This document shows, piece by piece, positions 19,001 through 27,970 of a stretch of 64,000 nt of DNA (positions are counted from its first letter, which is position 1; the number at the start of each line of letters is the position of its first letter). Made by a program: the position numbers and the translations under genes. The notes beneath the pieces were generated by a model, which had not been told where the DNA came from, did not search any database, and saw only the letters and a program-made list of their open reading frames with translations. This stretch comes from PVC group bacterium (GTDB taxonomy: Bacteria; Omnitrophota; Gorgyraeia; B26-G9). The DNA lies in assembly GCA_024231215.1 (NCBI GenBank), contig JAAEQR010000072.1, forward strand, positions 65,210 to 129,209, written 5' to 3'.

Positions 19001-22000
19001 AGCAAAGCGATAACAACATTTAGACCTTCCGGCACCGGTGATAATAACCGGGATTATAACTGGATAGTGGGTTTGATTCCTGAGACTGGGACTGATATGG
19101 AAGTTTATAGGAGAGAAAAAGTACAGGAATTAGAAGAACTCAGGGCTGATTTTTTTGGTGAATTTGGAGTTTCTGTTGGTTATGCAGATTTGCCTAAAGG
19201 TGAATTTTATGGATTGTTGACTGCAATGTGGGAATCAGGCAGTAATAGTCATTTAGCAATATTCAACAAAGCTTTAGACATAGAAGTTAACTTTACTTCA
19301 GCTGAAAACAAGTTACTTGATGCTGTAAAAATGTTTACCTTTGCGACAAGAGATAGAAAACGGGAATATATGAAAATGACTCCGGATCAAATGTGCGAAG
19401 AATTGCGTAAGACTCTTTTGTCCGCAAGGCGAAATCGAGCTGCATGGAATAAATATCTTTCTGCGAAGGAAGCAACAGAGTATAAAGATGTATTTAAGGT
19501 ATATGTTAATGGTGAAGTATTTGCTGAAGTCCCGAAAGTTTTTGTTAAACCGTGGATGATCGGGTTTGCCGGATATATTGCTGAAGAGTTGATCGTAAAC
19601 AGATTGGATTTAACAAGTGCTTGGGTTGATACGGATGATTTGGAAGTGACAGATGAGATACGTTTTCAGATAGATAAATTACAGCAAATAAGGCAGGAAT
19701 TGAATGAAATGCATAGAGCCGAACGTGAAGCAGCAGAAACTCTTTCTGGAAAACTGCATACACCTTTGGAAACAGAAAATCCTGATATGGCGGCACGATA
19801 TCTCAAGGGTGGATATCAGCAAGATGGATATGGTGTTCCATCGGGAGCGGTCATCGACGGCTCCTTTGCGGTGGGTGTTGCAGGGACTCAGGGATACTAT
19901 GTGTATGGAGGCAAAGAGATATTTCAAGGGATTGTTGCAAGTATGAAGAAGTTTTTCAAAAAACGAGCTAAAAGGTTAGGCAAGCCGATAAAATTGGTTA
20001 TAAAGATAGGTATTGGCGGACAGCATACTCCATTTCAAGCGATTGCTGAGGGATTTCAGGTGGTGGATTCTGAAACAGGAATTATTGTCGGGGAGTATGA
20101 GTTAGGGAAGGATTATGAGACATCTCTTTCGGAAATTGTAGAAAAGATGGGTATTGATTGGGATCAGATAGCTGTTATACCGAGCTCTAAATCCGGTTCT
20201 ACGGATGAGACGATGATGATCTTTGATGATGTTTTAGCTGTACTGCTTAAATATATTGCTTCTATGAAATATAACATTGACGGAGAAAAATTTACAGATA
20301 CTGTTTTTCAGGTATTGCATGAAGTGAATTTTGTTGATGGTAAAGAGCGTTCTGGGAAAGATCTTTTTAAGATAAATAAAGAGCGTTTTGGCACGGATAG
20401 TTTGGTAGAAGTGCTCTATGAACGGTTACAAGATAAAAGGATGCAAATAAGTAAAAGCGGAATAAAAGATATATTTGCGATAGTTCTCGGTAATATGTTT
20501 TTTGAGACTACCGATAGAGTAGAAGCAAGCAGATTGTCAGCATTTATCAGAAACTCCGGACTAGATAAGGAGCTTGGTGAAGATGCTCCAGGGTTTGGTG
20601 CAATGTTTGATAATGTCGGTGGCAGATGGACCAGTGATTTGCATATGATGACATTTCTTGCTTTCCATGATTTAAATGAGGAGCTGTATTATAAGAAAAG
20701 GATGGAAGAAATATTTAGGGTTCTTGCCGGTTCACCTTCAGTGAGGCTGTATCAGGATATAAAAGAAAAAATAGATGATGATGGCACACATAAGGGGTAT
20801 ATGTTAGGCAATCGTATTGCTGAGGAAACGATAACGGATATTGCTCTAGTGTTGCCGGATTATTTATTCTGGTTTGGAAAATCAATAGAACAGAATTTTA
20901 ACGAAAGTACTTGGCAGAAAGGCTTTGTAAATCTTGTTGCGATTAAACAAAGCCAATGGGGTGTTCAGAAAAAAAATTATGTGGACAGGTCTGAAAGACT
21001 GGTAATTAACCTGTCTAACTTAGATATTGATGAAAATAGTTTTAATGTGTATACCCGAAATTTCCCTGATTTTACTAAGTTGCAAAAACAGGATATCTCT
21101 GGTCAGTACGCATCTTTATTTAGCATGTTCTATGGAATTACTCATAATTTGGGTAACCGGCTGATTATCAGAGCACTTACAGCTGCCGGATATAATGTAG
21201 AAGATGTTAACTTAAATGATTTAGATAATCCTGCGACTAAAATTGTTCAGCAAAATCTTTATGTATTACAGCCTTTTGTAGAATTAGGGAAGAAACTATT
21301 GGAAAATAGATTAAAAATGCTGCAATCAGCAGAGGTAAAAAGCCCGGGAGTTATTGCTCAGGCTGAAGATGAGATTAAAAGGCTGGCAAGGGAAGGTACC
21401 ATAGAATCAAATATTCCAAGCATGGATATGCCAGATAGTGTGCAGGATATGGGAACACTGGCTAAGGTTATTAAGCAAGCAATTGAACATGCAAGGCAAG
21501 CTAATCGTAAATTTGCGCCGTTTATTTATTTAGAAGGTGGTAAATTTATGGATATGAGGGATTACCTGACAGAGTTGGGTATAGAGTGGGTTATGCAGGG
21601 TACGGGGGATCAGCATATTAGTTATCAGCAGGTATTAGCTCAGCCGCAGAAATATTCTATATTTATTATTTCATTTGTTCCTGAACAATTTATTCCGGGT
21701 AAGCCGGCAATTGGTTTTGCAAAAGGGTATTTGCATAATATTAGTCCTAATATGGTGAGAGATTATTTTGCGGAAGCTTCTTATCGGGCGCTTACTCAGT
21801 TAAGAGTTGAACAGGGTGGGAGAGGGATCTTCCTGCGTTTAATCGACTCACAGGAAAATATATCTATGATAAAAAAGGCAATGGTGGCAGCTCTGAATGA
21901 TGAAGTTCAAAATGAGATGGTAGCTGATTCACCGGCTGTTGCTGAGAATGATTCTGTAAAAACAGAAGAAGTGATAACTGTTATCCAGAGCGCAATTTAA
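16007..22000 (+). CDS. Signal-peptide-bearing phosphoglucomutase / phosphoglucose isomerase fusion (1997 aa)
   Basis: RBS AAGGAGG and N-terminal signal peptide. Phosphohexomutase motifs FGTAGIR, YDSR, SASHS..YNGFK, DPDVDR, CEESNG, EKDG, RPSGT (about 16700-19100). PGI-like motifs IGIGG, SKSGSTDET, VGGRW, QPFVELGK, GTGDQH (about 19950-21700). Confidence 0.8.
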   Translation: MFKAPPNMFLRITSLAIIQIFLITNVSFAGGNFFAQNQGEDCLSPALEINAGALKQGILAVIEGDSIPNDVSSLEMTTLLETALSNLSDIENNSEDLNLEVLEQSIDQVRQINAQINYLTGGSDEGVNDLYSRFLSRRSDLAKKISAIVINDVAKYAGVLEKLVSQSKEDMHKHIAMMVENEKITATQGDATLKTAIKFLEEWLAPGNNIPQYIIQGIYKGMLEGRSGDLLYAYGFGWRQFGTAGIRNQAVQSEFPVLLQKEVDEFAEDVHAPILTGPNMINTVTLLQQVAALVGLVKDIRTKLQQKLNKGMSLANAAEECGIAEEFAQNMLDNTITVTYDSRLNGEYFAQLLGAAFLQKDIKVNLMDSPSGVPAGVSIAKGASFFGELVKDSRFAEFEQITGSIFGILISASHSEAEYNGFKAFLAYQKSQVDADSKNMIMDARGNVNYSDINMRLDTGSKEDLRLIFRKYKNNLIWLGGEKKVDGKDYCGAKFVPFYPLYFEYLRKRSPIPYAELSSDDIESINAAKKDLGILYTAFYGGGSVSAANLPGFFQEMGYDNVAIVDKQTKVMDGKFPGHIMPDPGVVEGWMSNLYHFLQQIAGEDLSDIEKAVEMLNNRQTGAATDPDVDRAGMMLDLEPGQQGNVRDAFIDWISRNLQYRDDILPEKKQHIINVLTNNLKDKLLLTANDSWTFMAYYKLQIREKYGLLDKNKLYIIEKSHVTTDGLENVAAYYRKKGYRVYVVDTYVGFTELAKKSRDLFAIAKKAWKIKKMLDKLDEPNEQELRWGELEELLIELKQENKILKTNVPYATAGLPIVDEAIEAFENSNFQKAEELWNSIAHMENILACEESNGYGELGEYIPEEDKVVNAHISEKDGGLALFEFFEILSYGKAVLGKSEYSMFLDMLSEIGYCTTDNQFLKYPGLSGVQEKVDAIESFEKVFAALIQKAIDQGQVVTLFNGKYTVEEVIVYRDKKYDITYNGFPEEGIRLVLRTQKGSKAITTFRPSGTGDNNRDYNWIVGLIPETGTDMEVYRREKVQELEELRADFFGEFGVSVGYADLPKGEFYGLLTAMWESGSNSHLAIFNKALDIEVNFTSAENKLLDAVKMFTFATRDRKREYMKMTPDQMCEELRKTLLSARRNRAAWNKYLSAKEATEYKDVFKVYVNGEVFAEVPKVFVKPWMIGFAGYIAEELIVNRLDLTSAWVDTDDLEVTDEIRFQIDKLQQIRQELNEMHRAEREAAETLSGKLHTPLETENPDMAARYLKGGYQQDGYGVPSGAVIDGSFAVGVAGTQGYYVYGGKEIFQGIVASMKKFFKKRAKRLGKPIKLVIKIGIGGQHTPFQAIAEGFQVVDSETGIIVGEYELGKDYETSLSEIVEKMGIDWDQIAVIPSSKSGSTDETMMIFDDVLAVLLKYIASMKYNIDGEKFTDTVFQVLHEVNFVDGKERSGKDLFKINKERFGTDSLVEVLYERLQDKRMQISKSGIKDIFAIVLGNMFFETTDRVEASRLSAFIRNSGLDKELGEDAPGFGAMFDNVGGRWTSDLHMMTFLAFHDLNEELYYKKRMEEIFRVLAGSPSVRLYQDIKEKIDDDGTHKGYMLGNRIAEETITDIALVLPDYLFWFGKSIEQNFNESTWQKGFVNLVAIKQSQWGVQKKNYVDRSERLVINLSNLDIDENSFNVYTRNFPDFTKLQKQDISGQYASLFSMFYGITHNLGNRLIIRALTAAGYNVEDVNLNDLDNPATKIVQQNLYVLQPFVELGKKLLENRLKMLQSAEVKSPGVIAQAEDEIKRLAREGTIESNIPSMDMPDSVQDMGTLAKVIKQAIEHARQANRKFAPFIYLEGGKFMDMRDYLTELGIEWVMQGTGDQHISYQQVLAQPQKYSIFIISFVPEQFIPGKPAIGFAKGYLHNISPNMVRDYFAEASYRALTQLRVEQGGRGIFLRLIDSQENISMIKKAMVAALNDEVQNEMVADSPAVAENDSVKTEEVITVIQSAI

Positions 22001-22008
22001 ACAATAAT

Positions 22009-22063
22009 TTAGCTGCAAATACCGACATGCCCCGTCAGGGTTTTTCTGACGGGGTTTTGTTAT
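22009..22063 (+). terminator. Intrinsic terminator; copy 1 of a 55-bp direct repeat
   Basis: Stem CCCCGTCAG/CTGACGGGG followed by TTTTGTT, located between convergent genes. Confidence 0.75.
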
Positions 22064-22088
22064 ATAATAAGGTTAGAGGAGGAAAGGT

Positions 22089-24434
22089 TTAAATTGACTG
22101 TTCATAGATAAAATGATTATTTATTTCATCTTGAATTTTATGATTATTTTTTGAAGACATATTGATATCCTTGTCCCATGAATTTTGTTTTTCTTCTATT
22201 AAGTCTACTATCCGTTTTCCATAGCCGTTGATTCCATCTTCATTTTCAATTGCTTCTAAAGACATCCAAAGCCAATCAATAGCATTTTGCACAGTATCAA
22301 CATCGTCTTTCACATTAGCTCTAGCATTAGCGCTTACTGATTCATACAATTTCTTATTAGTAAATAAGCTGTACAATCTATTCGCTACTTTTAACTCCTG
22401 AGCCCCATTGCGACTAACTATAAATGTCGAACCGGTTATTTTTCCTGCTTTTTTTCTAACAGGCACTGCCTGATCAACCGGTCCCGGGAGATCAGTAATA
22501 ATAGTTGGTATTTCTAGTGAGCCAAGTTCAGAAATTTTTATTTCGTAACCTTCTGCTGTAGATAACTGTGTCCCAACCCAATCATTAGCAGCAAGAACAC
22601 CTAAGATCTGGTCATTATGGCCTATTCGTGCTATTTTGATATCACTGAATAACTCTTTATATTCTAAATATGCTTCTAAGAGATATTTATTATACAAAGG
22701 CATCCCCTCAGGATCATCTATTGCGCCATGCCCGGCAATAACCAACTGTGGTATTTTTGCCTTTGGATAGGTCTCTCCCAATTTATCACGAAAGACTTTA
22801 TAAGCTTTCAAAAGATCAAGGATACCCTTTGCAGGGTCAAAGCGACAAATCTGTAATATATAAGGTCTGGTAAAATCTAATGGCTCCTGTTGAAATTTTG
22901 CTAAAAAGTCTCTTAATTTTTGATCTTCTCGGTCTTTAATATTTACTCGATTGTCATTCTCTAATAAATTTAACAGGTTTTCCTGCTGTTTAGACAATTC
23001 ATTTTTATCTGCTATTTGTAATATTCTTTTATTACTTAGGTTCAGTACTGTATTAAACATATTCATATAATATGATTTGTCGCTTTTACTAAAATAATTA
23101 AATTTGTTAAGTCCGTCAAGACCGCCTAAACCTTGTTTTGAAATATCGGAAGCTGCTCCTTTTTTGATTATTATTTTTTTGTGACGGCGAATATCGTTTG
23201 GGATAAAAGCATCAACTGGATGCGTCACAAAAGCTTCAATGTGAAATTTATTTTTGCGTGCATCCCAAAGATTTTCGAAAATATACTTCCAATTAGTCTT
23301 AGTTGAATTAGAATCATCTAAAGGTAAATCAGTCAAGTTGCTTCTTATCTGGATATGTGATCTATAAAGAATTTTTATATGTGGATATTTTTCTTTAATT
23401 AAAGGTATTAACCCGGATGGTTGATAATCATCAATTATAACTACAGTTGCTCTTTTTATTTTTGGCTCCATTAATTTAAAATTATAATTAGTCCACGCTT
23501 TAAGTCTCTGTTTGTCATGCTCTGTAAGCCTATGATCAAAATTAGCAGCATTTGTATTTTGCAATGCATTATGCATCTTCTTTTTTGTTATGTTCGGAAT
23601 ATCCTCAAACTCTTTACCATCTAGATCCATTGCAAGCCAGTGGGCATCGATACCTAAAAGTTTATAAAGACGAATAAGCGCATGACGCATAAGAGCGACT
23701 CCTCCGCCTTGAGCAGTAGAATTAACAAATACCATATTTAATTTTCTTTTTTTTGCAAGCTTAACAAGATGTAAAAGTGTGTGCCATTTTTTAGGCGGAG
23801 TAATCTTTTTATATTCATCAAGAGTTACTAACGGATTTACTTGGATTTCTCTATTTTTATCGATCATAACTTTGCGTATTACAAGACCAACTTCGTCTAC
23901 TTCAAAGCTATTTGCGGCAAGACTCGCAGCATTCTGAGATATTTGCTCTGATGTGCCATTTGGAAGATTCTCAAATATTTTCACAGGAACAATATCGTTA
24001 TTAAGCCAAAGATTGCTGCCCAGCTTTGCTTTTTCGTTGGCAGATAATCCTTTTCCTTCAATTGCTACGCCATGTACTTTTAAAGGGTTACCCTTCTTGC
24101 GCATGCCCTCAACATCCTCTCTTATAGCTTCAATTATATCCTTATTAGTTCTTAAGAAAGTTTTAGTTTGACCATTCTTACCATTGGAATTAATTGTTAA
24201 GCTAAAGCTATCTTTAGTTATACATATGCCAGCAAAGGCGGGCTCTAAAGATAGCTTATCCAGATAGGCATTCATAACTGTTGACTTGTTTATACTTATG
24301 GAGGGGGATAGCGTGGACATTATGGTGCTATTGGCGGCAAAAGACAAATCCAGATATAAAAATGCCTGGATAATGATAAATGATATTACCTTTAAAAATA
24401 GTCTATTTTTTGATTCGTACTTATACATATACAC
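22089..24434 (-). CDS. Signal-peptide-bearing GT4 trehalose phosphorylase/TreT-family glycosyltransferase (fungal-type motifs)
   Basis: STAQGGGVALMRHALIR, IDDYQPSGLIPLIK, YRSHIQIR, LDGLNK, QICRFDPAKGI, PQLVIAGHGAIDDPEG, QLSTAEGYEIKISE; N-terminal signal peptide. Confidence 0.8.
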   Translation of the reverse strand: MYMYKYESKNRLFLKVISFIIIQAFLYLDLSFAANSTIMSTLSPSISINKSTVMNAYLDKLSLEPAFAGICITKDSFSLTINSNGKNGQTKTFLRTNKDIIEAIREDVEGMRKKGNPLKVHGVAIEGKGLSANEKAKLGSNLWLNNDIVPVKIFENLPNGTSEQISQNAASLAANSFEVDEVGLVIRKVMIDKNREIQVNPLVTLDEYKKITPPKKWHTLLHLVKLAKKRKLNMVFVNSTAQGGGVALMRHALIRLYKLLGIDAHWLAMDLDGKEFEDIPNITKKKMHNALQNTNAANFDHRLTEHDKQRLKAWTNYNFKLMEPKIKRATVVIIDDYQPSGLIPLIKEKYPHIKILYRSHIQIRSNLTDLPLDDSNSTKTNWKYIFENLWDARKNKFHIEAFVTHPVDAFIPNDIRRHKKIIIKKGAASDISKQGLGGLDGLNKFNYFSKSDKSYYMNMFNTVLNLSNKRILQIADKNELSKQQENLLNLLENDNRVNIKDREDQKLRDFLAKFQQEPLDFTRPYILQICRFDPAKGILDLLKAYKVFRDKLGETYPKAKIPQLVIAGHGAIDDPEGMPLYNKYLLEAYLEYKELFSDIKIARIGHNDQILGVLAANDWVGTQLSTAEGYEIKISELGSLEIPTIITDLPGPVDQAVPVRKKAGKITGSTFIVSRNGAQELKVANRLYSLFTNKKLYESVSANARANVKDDVDTVQNAIDWLWMSLEAIENEDGINGYGKRIVDLIEEKQNSWDKDINMSSKNNHKIQDEINNHFIYEQSI

Positions 24435-24511
24435 CTGCTTTATTATAAAAAAGTGTTAAAAACATATAATATCTCAGAGGGATTCTAAGTACTTTTTAAA
24501 AAAGATAATAA

Positions 24512-24540
24512 AGTATATCATAAAAGATTTTATTTTGCAA
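24512..24540 (-). promoter_or_regulatory. Sigma70 promoter of the GT4 gene
   Basis: Minus strand TTGCAA-17 nt-TATACT with TG extended -10. Confidence 0.5.
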
Positions 24541-24711
24541 ATAAAATACGGTTTGTAGCTATTTAAAGATAAAATAGGTTAGGAAACAGTATTTTGTTAA
24601 AGCTATGGAATTAATTGATTCTTGCCATATTTTTGACTATTTTTCATTTCAACAGAGTATCAATTGTATGTGAAACAAGCTATATAAATATTAATAAAGA
24701 TAAGTAACCGG

Positions 24712-24766
24712 TTAGTTGCAAATACCGATATGCCCCGTCAGGTTTTTTTTGACGGGATTTTGTTAT
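24712..24766 (+). repeat. Copy 2 of the 55-bp direct repeat (weakened terminator hairpin)
   Basis: 50/55 identical to 22009-22063 by manual alignment. Confidence 0.85.
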
Positions 24767-24852
24767 TTTCAATAAGGGGGAATAACCGTAGAAAATCATT
24801 GATTTTTAGATGAATAATGGATATACTAAAAATGTTATTTTAGGAGGAATAT

Positions 24853-25878
24853 ATGAGTGATCTTATAAGATCAGCTATTGGAATTGGTATTATTGTGCTT
24901 TTTGGATTTTCCGGGCTGTATTTGCGTAAAAAGATATTTGGTTTATTGCATAAAATTGCTTCCCGGACTTCCTGGAAAGGTGATGATTTAGTGATTTCTG
25001 CACTTAAATCACCTTTTGTGCTGTGGTGTATTCTCTTGGGTGTGTATGTTGCCATAGTTTATGTACAGATACCCAGCAACATTTCTATAATTGCGAATAA
25101 GGTTTTGTTTTCCACTTTGATCATATCTATTACTGCTGTTATCGCAAAAATTTGTGTTAGTTTCAGTACTTTATATGCGGAGAAGTTGGGGACAAATACT
25201 GATATTGTACGCAGTGTTATTTATGCGATGGTATTTGCGATTGGCTTGATGTTTTTATTTAATGCTTTAGGCATTTCTATTGCACCTTTATTAACAACTC
25301 TGGGTATTGGGGGATTAGCTGTAGCTTTGGGGCTGCAGGATACTCTGGCTAACTTATTCTCCGGATTATATATTACTGCGGCAAAACAGGTGCGCATAGG
25401 TGATTATATAAAGTTAGATAGCGGAGAAGAAGGTTATGTCGTAGATATTAGCTGGCGCACGACAAAAATAAAACCTTTGCATAATAACCTTATTCTCGTT
25501 CCCAATTTCAAATTAGGAGAGGCAATAATAACTAATTATTATCTTCCGGAAAAAGAATTGGCTGTGAAATTAGAAGTAGGGGTGCATTATGACAGTGATC
25601 TGGAGAGGGTAGAAAAGGTGACGGTGGAGACCGCAGAAGAGCTGATGCAGAAAATAAATGGTGCAGTAGCAGGCTTTAAGCCGTTTATTCGCTATCATAC
25701 TTTTGATAGCTCTAGTATTAATTTTACAGTGTTTTTAAGGGCTAAAGAGTTTGTTGATCACTATTTAATTACACATGAGTTTATAAAGGAATTGCATAAA
25801 CGTTATGCCCAGGAAGACATAGTTATTCCTTATCCGATCCGGGCAATTAATTATTCACAAGAGAAGGTAGAAGTTTAA
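24853..25878 (+). CDS. mscS: Small-conductance mechanosensitive channel
   Basis: LGIGGLAVALGLQDTLANLFSG, GYVVDISWRTTKI, VGVHYDSDL, IPYP. Confidence 0.9.
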   Translation: MSDLIRSAIGIGIIVLFGFSGLYLRKKIFGLLHKIASRTSWKGDDLVISALKSPFVLWCILLGVYVAIVYVQIPSNISIIANKVLFSTLIISITAVIAKICVSFSTLYAEKLGTNTDIVRSVIYAMVFAIGLMFLFNALGISIAPLLTTLGIGGLAVALGLQDTLANLFSGLYITAAKQVRIGDYIKLDSGEEGYVVDISWRTTKIKPLHNNLILVPNFKLGEAIITNYYLPEKELAVKLEVGVHYDSDLERVEKVTVETAEELMQKINGAVAGFKPFIRYHTFDSSSINFTVFLRAKEFVDHYLITHEFIKELHKRYAQEDIVIPYPIRAINYSQEKVEV

Positions 25879-25900
25879 ACGTAGGGGAGTATTCAGTATT

Positions 25901-26206
25901 ATGTTTGTTTTAGGTTTTATTCTCGATGGCTTAGCAGCAGTAATTAGTATGATATTGACTATATTGTATTGGCTTATTTTAGCACGGGCTTTGATTTCAT
26001 GGGTGAGTCCGGATCCTTATAATCCGATTGTTCGTTTTTTGCGGCAGGCTACGGATCCGATTCTTGAGCCGATACGTAGAGTATTAATGCCGTTGACGTA
26101 TAAAATTCACATTGATTTGTCTACCATAGTTGCTTTTTTTCTTATTGTTTTTTTACAGCGTTCTGTGGTCGGTATACTTTTTACTTTGGCGCGTCAGCTT
26201 AAATAA
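25901..26206 (+). CDS. yggT: YggT family membrane protein
   Basis: ALISWVSPDPYNPIVRFL...TDPILEPIRR, IDLS. Confidence 0.92.
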   Translation: MFVLGFILDGLAAVISMILTILYWLILARALISWVSPDPYNPIVRFLRQATDPILEPIRRVLMPLTYKIHIDLSTIVAFFLIVFLQRSVVGILFTLARQLK

Positions 26207-26215
26207 GAAATATAA

Positions 26216-27928
26216 ATGAAAAATATATTTAATAGATTTTTGGATATCTTAATGAGCGTAACTGCTCTAGTATCTTTTTTGCTTTTACTTATGCAGTGGG
26301 GTGGGGTAGACTTTTCTCAAATAACATCTCAGATAGCTGATGCCGATAAATTATGTGAGACTATTGATGGAATAGTTTTATATATATTTTTGGCGATTGT
26401 TGTCCTTCGATTTTTATTTTCTGGTTCTAAAAAAGAATATTTTAAAAAATACTGGCTTGATTTGCTGGTATTTATACCTATTGCTCAATTTTTCTTGCAA
26501 GGAGTAAGAACGGCAAGATTATTTATTGTAATTAGGCAGGGATTTGTTATCTTTTACAAATTGTTCCGGAGTAATTTGTTAAAAAAGATTATTAGCTTAT
26601 TAGGGCTTAAGCCGGCACAGCTATTGGTAGTCAGTTTCATGATGGCTATTCTGATCGGAGCTTTTTTGCTGACGCTACCCATAGCGACTACAGATGGAAG
26701 AGGCGCTGATTTTATTGATGCCTTATTTACCGCTACTTCAGCTACTTGTGTTACCGGATTAATTGTTAAAGATACCGGTACGTTTTTCTCTCTTTTTGGC
26801 CAGCTGATCATTCTTCTTTTGATTCAGGTTGGAGCGTTGGGAATAATGACTTTTTCTATAACTTTGTTTGTTGCGGTAGGCAAAAAGATATCTAATAAAG
26901 AAGCTATGGCTATGCAGGAAGTTTTAGACCAGGATAGTGTTGCCGATATTTTGGGAGTAGTTAAATTTATTGCGACTATGACAGTTTTTGTGGAATTTTT
27001 AGGTGCAGCTTTTTTGTTTTTTTCCTTTGAGCCGTATATTTCTGATCCGATTCAAAGGTGGTATATATCTGTTTTTCACTCAATTTCTGCGTTTTGTAAT
27101 GCCGGCTTTTCTTTGTTTTCAGATAACTTAACGGGGTTTGCCCTGGATGTTAATATCAATTTATGCATTTCGTTTTTAATAATTTTTGGTGGTATAGGTT
27201 TTATCGTAGTTAAAGACATTTGGGATAAATATATATTGCGTAAACGAGCCAGAAGTATCGGGGTGCGTTTGCATACAAAGCTGGTACTTACCGTTACTTT
27301 GTCTTTGCTTGTAATCGGGACGGTTTTGATCTTCTTCGCTGAGAATAATGTGGGGTTAAACGGGTTAGCCTTAAAAGATAAAATATTAATGAGTTTCTTT
27401 CAGTCGGTTACGACCCGGACAGCAGGATTTAATACAATGGATATTGGCCGTCTTACTAATGCCAGTATTTTTTCGATGATAATTTTAATGTTTATTGGAG
27501 CATCTGCCGGTTCTACTGGTGGAGGGATTAAAACCACGACGTTTTGGATTATTTTAAAAGCATTTACCAGACATATGCAGAACAAAGAGGATATAAGCGC
27601 ATTCAAACGTAAAATTCCGGATGTGCTTTTAGGTAAAGCATTGACAATATTTGTACTTTCTGCTGGTTTGGTTGTTTTATTTACATATTTGCTTTCGATT
27701 TTTGAGTCTTTTTCTTTTCGGGATATAGTGTTTGAAGTAGTATCAGCCTTTGGTACGGTTGGGTTATCTTGTGGGATAACCCCGGATTTTCATATGGGTG
27801 GAAAGATTTTGATTACAATATTAATGTTTTTAGGAAGGCTTGGTCCATTGACAATGGTTCTTGCTTTTGCTGCATATAAGCGAAAGATAAATTATACTTA
27901 TGCCGAAGAGAAGATAATGGTGGGATAA
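26216..27928 (+). CDS. TrkH/KtrB potassium uptake protein with N-terminal membrane extension
   Basis: FTATSATCVTGL, FHSISAFCNAGF, TRTAGFN, STGGGIKTTT, SAFGTVGLS, GRLGPLT. Confidence 0.92.
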   Translation: MKNIFNRFLDILMSVTALVSFLLLLMQWGGVDFSQITSQIADADKLCETIDGIVLYIFLAIVVLRFLFSGSKKEYFKKYWLDLLVFIPIAQFFLQGVRTARLFIVIRQGFVIFYKLFRSNLLKKIISLLGLKPAQLLVVSFMMAILIGAFLLTLPIATTDGRGADFIDALFTATSATCVTGLIVKDTGTFFSLFGQLIILLLIQVGALGIMTFSITLFVAVGKKISNKEAMAMQEVLDQDSVADILGVVKFIATMTVFVEFLGAAFLFFSFEPYISDPIQRWYISVFHSISAFCNAGFSLFSDNLTGFALDVNINLCISFLIIFGGIGFIVVKDIWDKYILRKRARSIGVRLHTKLVLTVTLSLLVIGTVLIFFAENNVGLNGLALKDKILMSFFQSVTTRTAGFNTMDIGRLTNASIFSMIILMFIGASAGSTGGGIKTTTFWIILKAFTRHMQNKEDISAFKRKIPDVLLGKALTIFVLSAGLVVLFTYLLSIFESFSFRDIVFEVVSAFGTVGLSCGITPDFHMGGKILITILMFLGRLGPLTMVLAFAAYKRKINYTYAEEKIMVG

Positions 27929-27970
27929 CCACAAATTATTATTTTATAGATTTAGTAAGGGAGGCAGATA

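Noticed and set aside
22009-24766. 55-bp palindromic repeat as a CRISPR repeat or integron attC
   Set aside because: Only two copies 2.7 kb apart, no spacers, no cas or intI genes, and the shape is that of a terminator.
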